Shown in pieces: positions 29,341-41,075 of a stretch of DNA of 64,000 nucleotides. The DNA comes from a virus (lineage: Duplodnaviria; Caudoviricetes). Below the pieces are notes generated by a model. The model saw only the letters and a program-made list of their open reading frames with translations, did not search any database and was not told where the DNA came from. Numbering within the stretch: position 1 is the stretch's first letter; every line of letters begins with the position of its first letter. The position numbers and the translations under genes were made by a program. The DNA is taken from the IMG/VR virus record IMGVR_UViG_2901201504_000001, positions 1 to 64,000 of that record; one strand, 5' to 3'.

Positions 29341-29436
29341 TATAAATTCCTCCTTATTCCTTATAAAACTGTTGTTTTATTGTGTTAAAAAAATAAAGAG
29401 TAGGGAAGTAGATCCCTACTCATGATATGTATTAAT

Positions 29437-29661
29437 TTATTTTATTTTTTCAAACTTAATTGAATGTACGTCTTCGATGTCTCCAGTATATTGTACTCTA
29501 ACTTTTTGTCCATAAGATGGTTTAACAATGGTTGTATTCTCTTCAAAATAAACACGAACTCTCCAACCATCAACATTGACAATTACTGCGTCTGATTCAA
29601 CTTCATGTACAGTCAATTCTATTTCTTTTGTTTCTAATTTCACTTCTTTTTTAACGGACAT
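29437..29661 (-). CDS. Small phage protein (OB-fold-like)
   Basis: RBS AGGAGG; follows major tail gene. Confidence 0.55.
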   Translation of the reverse strand: MSVKKEVKLETKEIELTVHEVESDAVIVNVDGWRVRVYFEENTTIVKPSYGQKVRVQYTGDIEDVHSIKFEKIK

Positions 29662-29675
29662 ATAATACCTCCTAA

Positions 29676-30464
29676 TTAAGCAATATCCTCATTATTAAAG
29701 ATAACCATTTCCCACATAGTATTAGTTAATGGGTCGTTTAGGCACTCGATAGGAAGGTCTAATGTAGCTGGATCTCCGTCTACAGAAAGGGATAGCGAGA
29801 AGTTGTTTTCAAATTTACCACGAGGAATAATTAATTGTGCGGCATAATCTTTACCATCAGCAGAATCTTTAACAAGTAGGTCAATGATAACTTTAAATGT
29901 ACCGCCGAAAGCATCAGATGATACACGTATAGTTTTGGCATCTGCTGAAGTTTCTACCTTATAGTAAACATGCATGATAGTTCCATTAGTAACAGCCGTA
30001 TTAAAAGTTAACTCTTTACCTGTAACTGAGAATTCTTTAGGATTTGATGCAGGTGTGCCTAATGTATATTCATCACCATTTGTTCCATCATTTGTATTTA
30101 CTTTATAAACTGAAGTGATAGCTCCTTTAGGTGTTTTTGATAAAGTAGCTTTGTTAGATGTTACAGTTATTTTTTCTTTGAAATCAATAGTTTTAATACC
30201 TTCTTTTAAAGCATTACCAGTTAACATCGCCAGTGCATGTTTATCAAAAAGCGCATCTTGCATGGACAATTTTGCCTCACGGTTACTGTCAAATCCGACT
30301 AGCTTAGGATTACCAAAGCTACCCCTAGCATATGTTGTCTCTCCACTTGATTCAATGCCACTCGTTTTTAACGTATTGAGTGTAACAATCGCTTTATTTG
30401 TTTGTAAGTTATAAAAAGTCGCAGAACCTGCGTCACGAATGGCAAATCTGTTTGGTGTACTCAT
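29676..30464 (-). CDS. Major tail protein
   Basis: Start MSTPNRFAIRD after GGAGG; YARG..GNPKL..IPRGK..DGDP tail tube motifs. Confidence 0.8.
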   Translation of the reverse strand: MSTPNRFAIRDAGSATFYNLQTNKAIVTLNTLKTSGIESSGETTYARGSFGNPKLVGFDSNREAKLSMQDALFDKHALAMLTGNALKEGIKTIDFKEKITVTSNKATLSKTPKGAITSVYKVNTNDGTNGDEYTLGTPASNPKEFSVTGKELTFNTAVTNGTIMHVYYKVETSADAKTIRVSSDAFGGTFKVIIDLLVKDSADGKDYAAQLIIPRGKFENNFSLSLSVDGDPATLDLPIECLNDPLTNTMWEMVIFNNEDIA

Positions 30465-30495
30465 AAATAAAATTCCTCCAATATTTTTGATTAAT

Positions 30496-31227
30496 TTATT
30501 TTTTAAGCTGTATAATATTTGCCCAATTGATTTCAGGCAGCTTAATACTTTTTGAGTCAACTGTACCTGCATATAGACCAGACATTGTGTAATGATAGTT
30601 ATCTATAACACCCAATCTTCCATATCCGTCATACAATTGATAGATATTGAGTTTGCTAATAAGCTCAAAACTTTGTGCTTTCCAACCAACTCCAGAAATA
30701 ATGCTTCTCAAATTAACAGTTTGCTTTTGATACTTTGTTAAATTTGCTTTCTTTTTCTTTTGTTTCTCAATAAACTTTCTAGCAAGTTCATTACCAGGGT
30801 CGTATTCATCTTCTTCATCAATCGATATATTGTTAGCTATAGTCACAAGTTTCCTCATGTAGCCAAACTTTTCTTCAGTCAAAATAGAGTCCTCAGACAA
30901 TTCATCAAAATATAAAAAACCTTGTTCATGCATAATTGGTTCTTTGTTTAGATGCAAATTTAAGCCACAAAAAAACAGTTCTCTAAAAGAACTGTCATGA
31001 TAAATAGCGGATGAAACCACTTGGTAATTGGTATATTGTTCAATATTTTCTTGCGAAATGTTTTTCTTATCTAGTAGTAAAGCTGATAGAGAATGGTTAT
31101 ATTTTAATTCTGTAGTGTTAACAATTTCTTTTATAAGTGGTGCGTGAAAGTCCCCAATACCATCAATATGGACTGATAAGTTTAATAAAAATTTTAAGTG
31201 GATTTCTTCATCGTTTAATTGATACAC
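30496..31227 (-). CDS. Phage neck/tail region protein (YomV-like)
   Basis: Synteny with SPbeta yom cluster; LNIYQLYD..GLYAGTVD C-terminus. Confidence 0.55.
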   Translation of the reverse strand: MYQLNDEEIHLKFLLNLSVHIDGIGDFHAPLIKEIVNTTELKYNHSLSALLLDKKNISQENIEQYTNYQVVSSAIYHDSSFRELFFCGLNLHLNKEPIMHEQGFLYFDELSEDSILTEEKFGYMRKLVTIANNISIDEEDEYDPGNELARKFIEKQKKKKANLTKYQKQTVNLRSIISGVGWKAQSFELISKLNIYQLYDGYGRLGVIDNYHYTMSGLYAGTVDSKSIKLPEINWANIIQLKK

Positions 31228-31241
31228 TTTGAATCACCCAC

Positions 31242-31745
31242 TTAATAATTCTCTAAACAAAATTCATAAATAATTCTAAAGCCAACATAACCATTTGGAA
31301 GGGAAGTGCTTACTATTGGATGTCTTGCTAGGAATAAAGTTTTTCCAATACCAGCTATTCGCTTGTTACAGATTAATTCGTTAATTCTGTCACTTATTAA
31401 TTCAATTCTTCTATCCAGGTTTTGATTAGTATAATGAGTATAAATATCGAAAGTGTATTCTTGATTTGCGAAAAGATAGTTTTGTTTAGCTCCTTTTCCA
31501 TTGCCAGGATAAAAAACTAATCTAGAAATAGCATTGCTGTCTAAATCGTAGAAGTTAACAGCATTCATTAAATGATATTTAATTAATTCCCATTTCGCTC
31601 GTTGATCTTTCATGGTAAGAATATCTGGTTTAGATGGAGATAGAGGATCATCAATCGCACTTTTAGGAGCATAACAAAGCAATCTTAGCAGATGTTCATC
31701 AAGGAGTATGCCGTTTACAGAATCACTAAGTTCTTTTAAATTCAT
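31242..31745 (-). CDS. Tail terminator-like protein (YomW-like)
   Basis: LLRLLCY..DDPLSP..DI; FDIY..; typical size and position. Confidence 0.55.
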   Translation of the reverse strand: MNLKELSDSVNGILLDEHLLRLLCYAPKSAIDDPLSPSKPDILTMKDQRAKWELIKYHLMNAVNFYDLDSNAISRLVFYPGNGKGAKQNYLFANQEYTFDIYTHYTNQNLDRRIELISDRINELICNKRIAGIGKTLFLARHPIVSTSLPNGYVGFRIIYEFCLENY

Positions 31746-32380
31746 GCCTTTTCAACAATCCTTTCTCCGGTAATAGAAATTAATCCTTTACCATTTATGG
31801 ATTGAGTTAAATCAATATCACGTACAATATATGGTTCGTTGTATAGAGTAAATCTATCAAACTTTAAATCAGTGTAGGGGATGATTACTTTGATTTTATT
31901 GTCAGGAAGGTTGATAGCATTATTCATATCAGCAGAACCATAAACTAATGATTTATCAGCAATACAAATGAATGATTTATCTTCCCCATCTGACCATTCA
32001 ATAGGATTACCCCACTGATCCCAATCAATTGGAACTCGTTCACCTTTGATTGTGATTGAGGTATTACATAGTTGAATAGTAGCTTTAGAATAAACATCAT
32101 TGGTAAGTGGGAGAGTCATTACCAGCCAATTAACTGTAGCATCCTGAACTATTGTTCCTCTATCTATTATATTGGGTCTACATATGATATTTCTTTTTTC
32201 GCCTGTAGGATCATTTGAAGTGGATTGAATTACTACTTTGTGTTCTAGTCCATCAATAACTACATTAAAAGATTCACTGCTATACTCAAGAGTATAATCA
32301 AGTAAGATATCCCCATCATATTTGATTCTTTCCTTAATATTGGTGTTATGATAATTACTATAATCTTTCATTATCATCAC
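31742..32380 (-). CDS. Head-tail joining region protein
   Basis: Synteny between capsid and tail genes. Confidence 0.5.
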   Translation of the reverse strand: MMIMKDYSNYHNTNIKERIKYDGDILLDYTLEYSSESFNVVIDGLEHKVVIQSTSNDPTGEKRNIICRPNIIDRGTIVQDATVNWLVMTLPLTNDVYSKATIQLCNTSITIKGERVPIDWDQWGNPIEWSDGEDKSFICIADKSLVYGSADMNNAINLPDNKIKVIIPYTDLKFDRFTLYNEPYIVRDIDLTQSINGKGLISITGERIVEKA

Positions 32381-32600
32381 TCACAATCACAATAGAATCA
32401 GCTAATCTTGAAATATCTCCACTTGTATCCAATATAGTATTTCTCAAAGCAGATAACTGCTCATTATCATTTAATTTCATTCCTAAAAATTTTTCTAAAT
32501 GATATAAAGAAGCATTGTTTTTCTTGCCAATTCTTTTACAATAATCATCTAATTTCTCATACTCAAATCCATCTTCTTTTTCTATTTTCACATACAACAT
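32358..32600 (-). CDS. Small phage protein
   Basis: Translationally coupled within head-tail operon. Confidence 0.5.
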   Translation of the reverse strand: MLYVKIEKEDGFEYEKLDDYCKRIGKKNNASLYHLEKFLGMKLNDNEQLSALRNTILDTSGDISRLADSIVIVSDDNERL

Positions 32601-33007
32601 TACAAAAAATCCTCTGCTTGATTGATTATCAATCTTTCAATATATCTTTCTTGTTCTGTTACTGAGTTATTTAGGGAATTAATTTGAGTTGAGAAGTTGC
32701 GTAGACCAATATCTTTTTGAAATGGATTTAACAATGTTTCATAATAAGTTTTTTCATTCTTATAAAATACAAGTTTTATAAAGTTAGCTAGAATGAGTAA
32801 TTGGTCATCATTCAATTCTGCATCTACAGACTCCGTTAAATCATCGCACTTAATATTAGTTCTCATTCGATTATTGAAAAGGAGAATGCCGTTATTGATT
32901 TTTGCATAAATCTGTTCATCCGTTTGTGGGATATTAATATCAGGTGTTTTACAGTTATCTAGAAAACTTTTCCAAATTTTATCGTAAGAAGTAGACAAAA
33001 TAATCAC
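32600..33007 (-). CDS. Head-tail connector-like protein (YomZ-like)
   Basis: Helical adaptor-like size and position after capsid region. Confidence 0.5.
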   Translation of the reverse strand: MIILSTSYDKIWKSFLDNCKTPDINIPQTDEQIYAKINNGILLFNNRMRTNIKCDDLTESVDAELNDDQLLILANFIKLVFYKNEKTYYETLLNPFQKDIGLRNFSTQINSLNNSVTEQERYIERLIINQAEDFL

Positions 33008-33010
33008 TCC

Positions 33011-33475
33011 TTAACCAAAAAGAATATTTACATCAACATTCATCCACTCGGCAAGGAAATCTAATTTACCTTTAGTTAATTCATCTTTTAAAGTAGCTGC
33101 AGTATCGATTACAAATTGTTTTTCTGAATCAACAGTGATTTTTTTTAGTTCAGATTTCATTTTGTTAATGTTACCTGTTAAAATCTTAATGATTTCCTCT
33201 TGTGAGTTTGTATTAGAATTATAGATATCAATCTCAGCAATACCATCTTTGATTTCTTTAGTAGTTTCGTTGTCTTCTACAATAACTAATTCACCTTTAT
33301 CAAAACAAATACTGTTCATTTGTAGCCATTCTACTACTTCTTTAGGCACTTCTTTAACATCAGTTCTACCATTTTTAGAACCAGTCCATGTCCATTGACG
33401 ATTAGAACCATCTGCATTATATCCAACAAAATATTCTGTATTACGATAACGTGCTAATTTAATTTTTTCTGTCAT
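33011..33475 (-). CDS. YonA-like phage protein
   Basis: [17 protein letters not shown]; directly after major capsid gene. Confidence 0.6.
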   Translation of the reverse strand: MTEKIKLARYRNTEYFVGYNADGSNRQWTWTGSKNGRTDVKEVPKEVVEWLQMNSICFDKGELVIVEDNETTKEIKDGIAEIDIYNSNTNSQEEIIKILTGNINKMKSELKKITVDSEKQFVIDTAATLKDELTKGKLDFLAEWMNVDVNILFG

Positions 33476-33544
33476 TTAATAATCCTCCTAATTTCCTTTA
33501 AAAAGGGAAGACGATGAATCTTCCCATATTAATTACTGTTATTT

Positions 33545-34564
33545 TTATAGGGAGACCGCATTCGATTGCTCTTCAATTAATCCAATTGCTTCTCCGAAGA
33601 CAAGATTAATAGCTGCGTCTTGAGTAATTTTGATTTTAACTCTTTCATCTTCAATATCAGTTTCAGTCATTTGACGTAAGCCACCATATTCAACAATAGA
33701 GAAAGGTTTTTGTTCAACACTTCCAGCAAACATATATCCCTTATTAATAGCTAATTCGACTTTTGAGTTTGTTTCATCAGTGAATGGGTTAACAAGATTG
33801 ATTGCAGTAGTACGTCCAATAGTTGAAGGGTTTAATGAAGTAAGTAGCTCTTCTTTGATTTTGTCTGATAGAAGATTTTTATATGTAGAATCAGTAGCTT
33901 GTTGCATTGCAAAGTAGTCAATCAATAATGTATCAGCTACAAAAACAGGACGACCGCCATAACGTTGAAGAACAGATGCTAATTTATTGTATTGTGCTAA
34001 TGTAACACCTGAGCCAGATTTCACATTAGAAGCAGGGATTTTCCCACTAGTAATAGCTGTAGCTGTTAATTCGTTGATTTTATCAAGATATAACTTGATT
34101 TTTGCATCAGCTACACCATTTACAAGTTTACGAAAATATTCTTCTGATTCTCTAACTAAGTCAAGTGGTTCATAATAGAAACCTGTTGAAAGATGTTGTG
34201 GAACTGCAAAGATTGATTTGCGCCCTTCTACACGTACTAAATCAACGCCTGAACCTGTTGCAGACCAAACGACTTTAGCTTTGTTCTTTTGAGGGATACG
34301 AATTTCTTTGATATTTCCACGAGTTTCACTATCAACGTTAGCAAATAAGCTAAGTAAGTTTGTAACTGCTGGTTTTGCAATCTCGTCAGCAGTTTGAACA
34401 ACTAAAGTATTAAATTGGTGAAGAGCAGAAGGGTCTGGATTTACAGAACCATCTCCAAAAACTTTAGTAATATAGGCTTTGATATCAACCGAATCTTCTT
34501 TTTCCATTTTGTTATTATAAACTCGGCTAAATAAGCCTTTTAATTTAACAGTATCTAATTTCAT
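33545..34564 (-). CDS. Major capsid protein (YonB-like)
   Basis: 339 aa in portal-protease-decoration-capsid order; MKLDTVKLKGLFSRV start like SPbeta-family capsid. Confidence 0.8.
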   Translation of the reverse strand: MKLDTVKLKGLFSRVYNNKMEKEDSVDIKAYITKVFGDGSVNPDPSALHQFNTLVVQTADEIAKPAVTNLLSLFANVDSETRGNIKEIRIPQKNKAKVVWSATGSGVDLVRVEGRKSIFAVPQHLSTGFYYEPLDLVRESEEYFRKLVNGVADAKIKLYLDKINELTATAITSGKIPASNVKSGSGVTLAQYNKLASVLQRYGGRPVFVADTLLIDYFAMQQATDSTYKNLLSDKIKEELLTSLNPSTIGRTTAINLVNPFTDETNSKVELAINKGYMFAGSVEQKPFSIVEYGGLRQMTETDIEDERVKIKITQDAAINLVFGEAIGLIEEQSNAVSL

Positions 34565-34594
34565 GATAAAACTCCTTTTTAATTAATTTATTTT

Positions 34595-35131
34595 TTAGGC
34601 TTTGATAACTTCAAAGCGTACTGTTGGTTGACCTAGAGTGTACCGAATGTCTTCTTCATTACTTACTACTAAGAATTGTGCAGATGATGTTGCAAAATCG
34701 GCATGTGCAGCAGATGAAGTTGAAATGATAAACTTTTTAGTAGCAACGTCAAAATGAGCTACTTGTCCATTTTTAATTTCTGTAATACCAGCATTCAAAG
34801 TAAATGCAGATGATTCAAAACGTGTGTAACCAGCTTCTAAAAGAACACAACGAACTTGTTCTCCAACAGCATTATAGAAATTGGCAATTGATTCACCTAG
34901 ATAACGTGTTTCAGGAGCAGCAACTAGTACAGCTTTTTTATCTTTAGCAGATAATTGTTTTACTGTACGTTCACCTTCAGCATTAAAACCTAGCTCACCC
35001 AATGAAAAATTATCAATTGGAGCACCTTCTACGATTGCACCATTTGCTACTGTTTTAATCTTTAAGCTGTTTAAGTTTCCGACAGCGTGAGTTCCTTGTG
35101 TTTGTAAAGCATCTAAAATACGACTACCCAT
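34595..35131 (-). CDS. Capsid decoration protein (YonC-like)
   Basis: GTHAVGNLNSLK; lies between scaffold and capsid. Confidence 0.65.
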   Translation of the reverse strand: MGSRILDALQTQGTHAVGNLNSLKIKTVANGAIVEGAPIDNFSLGELGFNAEGERTVKQLSAKDKKAVLVAAPETRYLGESIANFYNAVGEQVRCVLLEAGYTRFESSAFTLNAGITEIKNGQVAHFDVATKKFIISTSSAAHADFATSSAQFLVVSNEEDIRYTLGQPTVRFEVIKA

Positions 35132-35166
35132 AATTCATTTCCTCCTATTTTTAAATTAATTTATTT

Positions 35167-36660
35167 TTATAATGAATATCTGCTATCAAAAGAATCATCA
35201 GCAGGTAGTAAGTTTTCTCTCTTACTTGCAAACTCTTTGATTGCAGGGGATTCAGTTTTTGTTACAACATCTACTAAATCAACTAACATAGTATTTAATT
35301 GCAGGATAGCTTGTTTACCTTCGTCAGTTTGATTAATAGACTTTTGAATTAAGCCTTGTACTTCTTCAGATTCAAATTTTTCTTTAGCGTTTAAAGCTTC
35401 AAACTTAGTAGAATAAAATTCTTTCTTCTCATTCAAAGATTTTTCAACTTGTTCAGTCTCAAATTGTTCTTTAAAAGGTTTTAATTCTTCAACTAAACTA
35501 TTAAGTTGAGTAAGTTTATCAGTGGTTGTATTGAATTTTTCTTCAAGATCGGATTTATCAGTTGTTAAAGAATTAACTTGTGATTCTAGCTCACCAATCT
35601 TAGTATCTTTTTCGTTAAGTTGAGTTTGAATTTCTTCGACTTTTTCAGTTTTTAGCGTTAATTCATTTTGTACCGATTGAAACTCAGATACATCAACCCA
35701 ATCACGTTTAATCATAACTTCTGTCTTTGAATCTAAATCCACAGTAACTACATCACCGTCTTTAGAATAAGTGTATTTAAAATACTTATCATATTCATTT
35801 CCTTCAGCGTAACTATATATATTTGCTACAAAATAGCTTTCATAGACATCTGAAATCCATGAATATGTTTCGTTTTCAAGTGACGTATCTAGTTGACCAT
35901 AAAGTAATGAACGAATATCTTGATGCGAAAGCTCATTGACTTTTTTAAAATACTTCATGTTATCTTTTTCCTCCTTTAAAGCATTTTGTTGATTTGCTTG
36001 AGCAACCAACTTGTTAAATTTATTTATTTCATTAAAACTTAGTAATCTAGATGAATCATAAGCAGGTAATACAATATTGTGATCACCACGATTTTCACTC
36101 GCTAAAACTGCGTGGCCTTCGAAATAAATAGGGGAGTGGTGGTATTCTATACCATCTTGAAATGAATAATTATTATATAAATATTCACAACTGGTATTCA
36201 CTTTAATTCCGTTGTTGTGCCATTCAATGATTAAGTCGATAGCGTCTGTGTACCTGGAGTACCACATTACTGCATCAGCAGCCATTACTTCCTTATCTTC
36301 ACCGTTAATATTTACCGTAGTTAAATAGCCTTCAGAAGTGAATACGCCAATTGCAGTAGTATTAGTTTTTATTACTTGTTCACCATATCTGTTCTCACTT
36401 AATGTTTGCTCATGGCTGCCAAAATTATCAGTAGGGGTATTAGCTTCTTCAACATCATTATATTTAGCTACAATTGGTTTATTGATTAGAGTTTTAGCAC
36501 CTTCTAATGCGACTTCTTTATCAACAATTACATTATTATGTGACTTTTCAAAATCCATAATGATATATGTACAAGGGATGATAGTTGGATCAATTGATTC
36601 CCTTATTTCATTTAGGACTAAGTTCAATTGATGCTTTTTTTTCAAATGTTTTCTCACCAC
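35167..36660 (-). CDS. Prohead protease/scaffold (YonD-like)
   Basis: N-terminal protease-like domain (TLINKPIVAKY, SCE, PAYDSS) and C-terminal coiled coil; likely TTG start at 36645. Confidence 0.75.
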   Translation of the reverse strand: MVRKHLKKKHQLNLVLNEIRESIDPTIIPCTYIIMDFEKSHNNVIVDKEVALEGAKTLINKPIVAKYNDVEEANTPTDNFGSHEQTLSENRYGEQVIKTNTTAIGVFTSEGYLTTVNINGEDKEVMAADAVMWYSRYTDAIDLIIEWHNNGIKVNTSCEYLYNNYSFQDGIEYHHSPIYFEGHAVLASENRGDHNIVLPAYDSSRLLSFNEINKFNKLVAQANQQNALKEEKDNMKYFKKVNELSHQDIRSLLYGQLDTSLENETYSWISDVYESYFVANIYSYAEGNEYDKYFKYTYSKDGDVVTVDLDSKTEVMIKRDWVDVSEFQSVQNELTLKTEKVEEIQTQLNEKDTKIGELESQVNSLTTDKSDLEEKFNTTTDKLTQLNSLVEELKPFKEQFETEQVEKSLNEKKEFYSTKFEALNAKEKFESEEVQGLIQKSINQTDEGKQAILQLNTMLVDLVDVVTKTESPAIKEFASKRENLLPADDSFDSRYSL

Positions 36661-36678
36661 CTTTCAAATAGGATGCGA

Positions 36679-38205
36679 TTATGATGAGGGAAGACTATTT
36701 CCATCTGATGTTTTGGTTTTAATGGTATTTTCGTTGGTAGGATCAGTATTCTCAGGAGCACCAGTTTCATTACCATTAAGAGTATGACTTGTTTTGTATG
36801 GCCTAATCTTATCCTGTAATTTAAGAACATCAGTCTCATATAACGTATCTTCCAAATAACTTTCCCAACTCACACCTGCAATGTTGTCAACTACATGTTT
36901 AATAGACCAACCTTTATCATTCAGCTTGGATAGAATGTCTATTTTCTCTTTTAAAGATAATGGGGCTTCTTTGTCATAAACAATGTAATAATTGTCTTTT
37001 TGACTAGAAGGGAGGAGGAGGTTGATCATTTTTTGATACATTTCTTGCTCAATATCTTCAAGCATCACACCTAAACGTTTATAAACTGTTTCGAGGTTTA
37101 GCTTAGCCGAGCTAAAATTTCCACCTTCACCATTTAAAATTGCACCTGATAATCCAAAGGCAGAGTTAATGTCTGAATTGATATGTTCAAATTTCTTTCC
37201 ATCAAGTCCATCTGTCTTAACGTCTGGAAAATCTAGCTTGGCGAAGTCAGGTATTGTAACTACTGTTACACCATCTTGATTATTTTTTTCTAATGCGTTC
37301 TTAACTCCAGAGTGAACTTTCTTCTTAAGAGGAGGTGGAAGTTTCAAGTTCGACAGTTCATTATTCTTTTCATTACCAATATGGCCTATGGTAAGTACAG
37401 CAACCGCATTAATAACTTTGTTTGCTATAGATTGTTCAACATCTTTTAATTTCTTCTTATGTAAAACATCATACATACCAGCCGTAATCCATGATGTACC
37501 TAACTTTTGATTTCTTTTTAGTGTTCCTGTTCGTAATGGAAATGTTCTTTCTTGAGGTAATTCTACATATCTTTTATTTTCTTTATCTTTAAGATAACTG
37601 TTATACATTGCTTCAGTTACAAAAGGAGAAAGATTATTAAACTGGATTTTTCGATAAGAATCCTTCATATCTTCAAAATAAGCCATATCAATCACGCATA
37701 CCCAATCACCATTAGCACCACGATAAGCAGGGAAGATGTGCTTTACATCATCAAATATCATAGGATAAAGATTATTCTTATCACCGAGCCATATTCCAAC
37801 AAGTGTTCCAGCAGTTGCATTTTGCTTTAATGTGTCACGAGTTAGTCGTTTATGTTTAACCTTATGCATAGCTTTATTAATCATTGAGATGTGCTTATCG
37901 TTATTTTTAGGTTTTTCATGGGAATCAATTTTATAATTGAGTGTAGGGAGGGCTTCTATTAATTCGAATAATTGATGTATTTCAGCAGAAGATATGTAAT
38001 AATATTGAGCTAAATCTTCTATTTCTTTTTGGTATGTATCGGGATTAGAAAAGTATTTTTTTAGCGTTTTTGCGTCAACTTCATTTACAATACCTTGTGA
38101 AAATAGATTAGAAATAAAACCATCTACATATGTGGAAATGTAGGATTGATAATCGTTGACCATGCGTTGATATTCTTCTGTATCAATTTCTATGTTATTA
38201 GTCAT
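36679..38205 (-). CDS. Portal protein (YonE-like)
   Basis: 508 aa directly after terminase; AFGLSGAILNG..NFSSAKLN portal-like motif. Confidence 0.75.
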   Translation of the reverse strand: MTNNIEIDTEEYQRMVNDYQSYISTYVDGFISNLFSQGIVNEVDAKTLKKYFSNPDTYQKEIEDLAQYYYISSAEIHQLFELIEALPTLNYKIDSHEKPKNNDKHISMINKAMHKVKHKRLTRDTLKQNATAGTLVGIWLGDKNNLYPMIFDDVKHIFPAYRGANGDWVCVIDMAYFEDMKDSYRKIQFNNLSPFVTEAMYNSYLKDKENKRYVELPQERTFPLRTGTLKRNQKLGTSWITAGMYDVLHKKKLKDVEQSIANKVINAVAVLTIGHIGNEKNNELSNLKLPPPLKKKVHSGVKNALEKNNQDGVTVVTIPDFAKLDFPDVKTDGLDGKKFEHINSDINSAFGLSGAILNGEGGNFSSAKLNLETVYKRLGVMLEDIEQEMYQKMINLLLPSSQKDNYYIVYDKEAPLSLKEKIDILSKLNDKGWSIKHVVDNIAGVSWESYLEDTLYETDVLKLQDKIRPYKTSHTLNGNETGAPENTDPTNENTIKTKTSDGNSLPSS

Positions 38206-38229
38206 TTATTCACCTCCTGTTTTGTTAAT

Positions 38230-40002
38230 TTAGTAGTAGACGAGGTCATCGTCAATATCATAATCATCAACACTACTATTCAATTTTCTTTCTAGTAAAG
38301 TGGCAACATAATTTCCGTAAGATGAACTACTGTAGCGGTCTTTACGCTTACCATTAGGTTCTTTTAACTTAACTTGTCCACTATCATTATATTCTGCTTC
38401 TAAGTTAATCATTTCATTTATTAATAATGTAAATTGAGCATAAGATGACATTAACATTGCTTTTGTTTCTTCGGGTAGATTTTCATACCCTTTATATTTT
38501 CTCATTTGCTCTCTACCTTCAATTTCATTAATAGGTAGTCTGATTCTACCTCGTTTAAATCCATCACGGAAAAGATATGCAATTTCACTATTCAATTTTG
38601 CACTTGCTTTTATACTATAAATTATTTTATCGGCATTTGGATAACTACATCTTTCCGCCATTGTTTCATCATTGATACAAGAAATAGGCTCATACTCTTT
38701 GGAACGTTCCTTATCAAATAATGGTTGTGTTAATTGGTCAAAGATACCTAATCCAATGTTTTGAGTATCAAGAACCATATAGTCGCAATCAAAATCTTCA
38801 TACAATTGTCTAATTCTTATGGCTTGGGTAACTGTATTTCCACCAACCATACTTTCCATATAAGAGAGATATCGATCATAGCCTTTAGTAGTAGGAATCA
38901 GCCTTAATATTGTATAAACAGAGGCATCGTTATCTTTACCGGCCATAGCAGCGATGTCACAACTAACTAATCTTATTTCACCTGTTTTCTTTGTTTCATA
39001 TTTGAAAGAAACATCCTTAATTAACCCATAATAATCAGGCGGGAAAAGGGGAGCTGCTAATTTTCTATTTTTCTCTAAGTCTTCAAATTTAAAGAACGCT
39101 TTCTCTGATTCTCCGAACCAAAGAGCTTCCATTTCCATAGCCCAACCAATTTCATCAAAATCTTCTTCCGACATTTCATCTTTTACTTGTTCCTCATCTA
39201 GTAGTCCTTCTTTAATAGCTAATTGATAAGGTAGTCCACATACGAAGTATTTAGCTGATTTCATCATCGAATTGTAATAAGTGAGGAAACGATTAAATGA
39301 CCAATGTGATTTATACCAACATGATGATAAATACACTTCTTTGTTTCGTTCTTTTAAATGAGCATATTCATCTTTTTCAAGGTATTTTGGGGAGCGTGGG
39401 GCAGTTAAAAATTTCCGCAAAACTTTTGAGATAACTTGGAAATCTACCATCCTAAATTCATCAACGATAAGTAAATTAGCACGTTTACTTCTTGCTCCAT
39501 CATTAGAAGCTACAATTTTAATCCAGCTACCATTATGGAATTCAACTTTAGCATCATTAGTTGAGGTTTTTAAATCTGATATTTCTCTAGCTAGGTTAGG
39601 GGAGATTTTCCTCAAATCATCAATCTTTTCAATAACTTCTCTAGATTGCCCCTTCGTACCACTGGCAATTATTATTTTAGTTTGAGGAAAGAGGATTGCT
39701 CGTACACAGCAATAGATGGAGGTTAAAAAAGTTTTTCCTTGTCCACGACTTGCTAGGTACATAAAATAATGATTATGATTCATCATGAAGATTAGAATGA
39801 TTTGGAATAACTTGAGATTGATTCCTAAATATTCTTTAACAAATCTATGTGGATTAGCTCGATAAAAAGAAGCCCATATACCAATACCGTCCATCAATCT
39901 TTCAGACTTAGATTTTTTGTTAAAATTTCTACCTTTTTTGAATATATTTGTTCCACGATGTGCTTTATTTCTATCGACTTCAAAATTATTAATGGATGCC
40001 AT
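38230..40002 (-). CDS. Terminase large subunit (YonF-like)
   Basis: Walker A ASRGQGKT, Walker B LIVDE, nuclease SCDIA..KDRYSS. Confidence 0.92.
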   Translation of the reverse strand: MASINNFEVDRNKAHRGTNIFKKGRNFNKKSKSERLMDGIGIWASFYRANPHRFVKEYLGINLKLFQIILIFMMNHNHYFMYLASRGQGKTFLTSIYCCVRAILFPQTKIIIASGTKGQSREVIEKIDDLRKISPNLAREISDLKTSTNDAKVEFHNGSWIKIVASNDGARSKRANLLIVDEFRMVDFQVISKVLRKFLTAPRSPKYLEKDEYAHLKERNKEVYLSSCWYKSHWSFNRFLTYYNSMMKSAKYFVCGLPYQLAIKEGLLDEEQVKDEMSEEDFDEIGWAMEMEALWFGESEKAFFKFEDLEKNRKLAAPLFPPDYYGLIKDVSFKYETKKTGEIRLVSCDIAAMAGKDNDASVYTILRLIPTTKGYDRYLSYMESMVGGNTVTQAIRIRQLYEDFDCDYMVLDTQNIGLGIFDQLTQPLFDKERSKEYEPISCINDETMAERCSYPNADKIIYSIKASAKLNSEIAYLFRDGFKRGRIRLPINEIEGREQMRKYKGYENLPEETKAMLMSSYAQFTLLINEMINLEAEYNDSGQVKLKEPNGKRKDRYSSSSYGNYVATLLERKLNSSVDDYDIDDDLVYY

Positions 40003-40885
40003 CTACAACATCCTCATCTTCAGATACAGGTTCTTTTACTGTATATTTATTAACCTCATCCCAATATTCATCCTCATAATCATTTTTAATTCCAAGCATT
40101 CTAGTTAAATGACCTAAGAAAAAGACTCGAATATACTTACTTATTCCATCAACATCTTTCCATTTAGAATCAGGCTCAGGAATTGGCTGTTCATTTTCAT
40201 ACTTTTTAATAAGAGTGCCAAATGATTCTTGTTCAACAGCATTTGCTCCTGTTTCTTGAACTGGTTTAAGATTACTAGAACCAAGTAAATCTTGTAATGT
40301 TTTAAGTTGTTGGTCAACTTTTTCGTTTAAAGCTCTACGTTTCTTTATGTCTAATTGTGTAAGGCATATTTCTTTAATAAGCAATTCCATACCTTTGGAA
40401 TCACATTCATACCTATTAAGAAAGTCTTCATATTCACTGTGCAACCAATAATAGTCTTCACTATCAAATCCTCTACCAAAGAATTTGATTAATTCATTCA
40501 TATCAAGAGTTTCTTCTTCACTAAAATTCAGTTCTACTTCACTTGATGTGCTAGGAGTAATTGCTTTATTGAAATCACTATCATTCCATGTCAAGTCTCT
40601 ATTTTGCTTCATTGCTAATCTACGCATATATTCTTTAAAAGGATTAGTGGGATTAGTAACAAATGAACCCTCGTAATCTTCGGTGAGAAAAGGTCTATCA
40701 ATAGATCTGAGTACATTTTTTAGTGACTCAATATTTTTGAAATCAATAATTTCTTCCAAGCAAAGTTTACAGATACCTAATTTTCCATCTGAGTGAATTA
40801 AAGTTGAGGATGCCATATAATAATCGCTCAACTTTTTCTCTCTTTTACATTTTGAGCAACGTTTTGTTTCTACATTTTTACTAAT
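39989..40885 (-). CDS. YonG-like protein, putative terminase small subunit with N-terminal Zn finger
   Basis: CSKC..CKLC; directly upstream of terminase large; RBS GGTGGTG points to a start near 40885. Confidence 0.6.
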   Translation of the reverse strand: MSKNVETKRCSKCKREKKLSDYYMASSTLIHSDGKLGICKLCLEEIIDFKNIESLKNVLRSIDRPFLTEDYEGSFVTNPTNPFKEYMRRLAMKQNRDLTWNDSDFNKAITPSTSSEVELNFSEEETLDMNELIKFFGRGFDSEDYYWLHSEYEDFLNRYECDSKGMELLIKEICLTQLDIKKRRALNEKVDQQLKTLQDLLGSSNLKPVQETGANAVEQESFGTLIKKYENEQPIPEPDSKWKDVDGISKYIRVFFLGHLTRMLGIKNDYEDEYWDEVNKYTVKEPVSEDEDVVDGIH

Positions 40886-41075
40886 AATAATCACCACCAA
40901 TTTTTGTGCAAAATAAAAAGAACATTTTATAAAACACACAAGTAGGGAAGGGAGAGGGAAAACCTACTCATGTGCTTCTAAAACGTTCTAAGAAAGGGGA
41001 AGGATGATGTTTTCGAGGTAATAAAACCTCAATGCTACACTCAAATTTATTAAGTGCAGCTTGAAACTTCATTAT

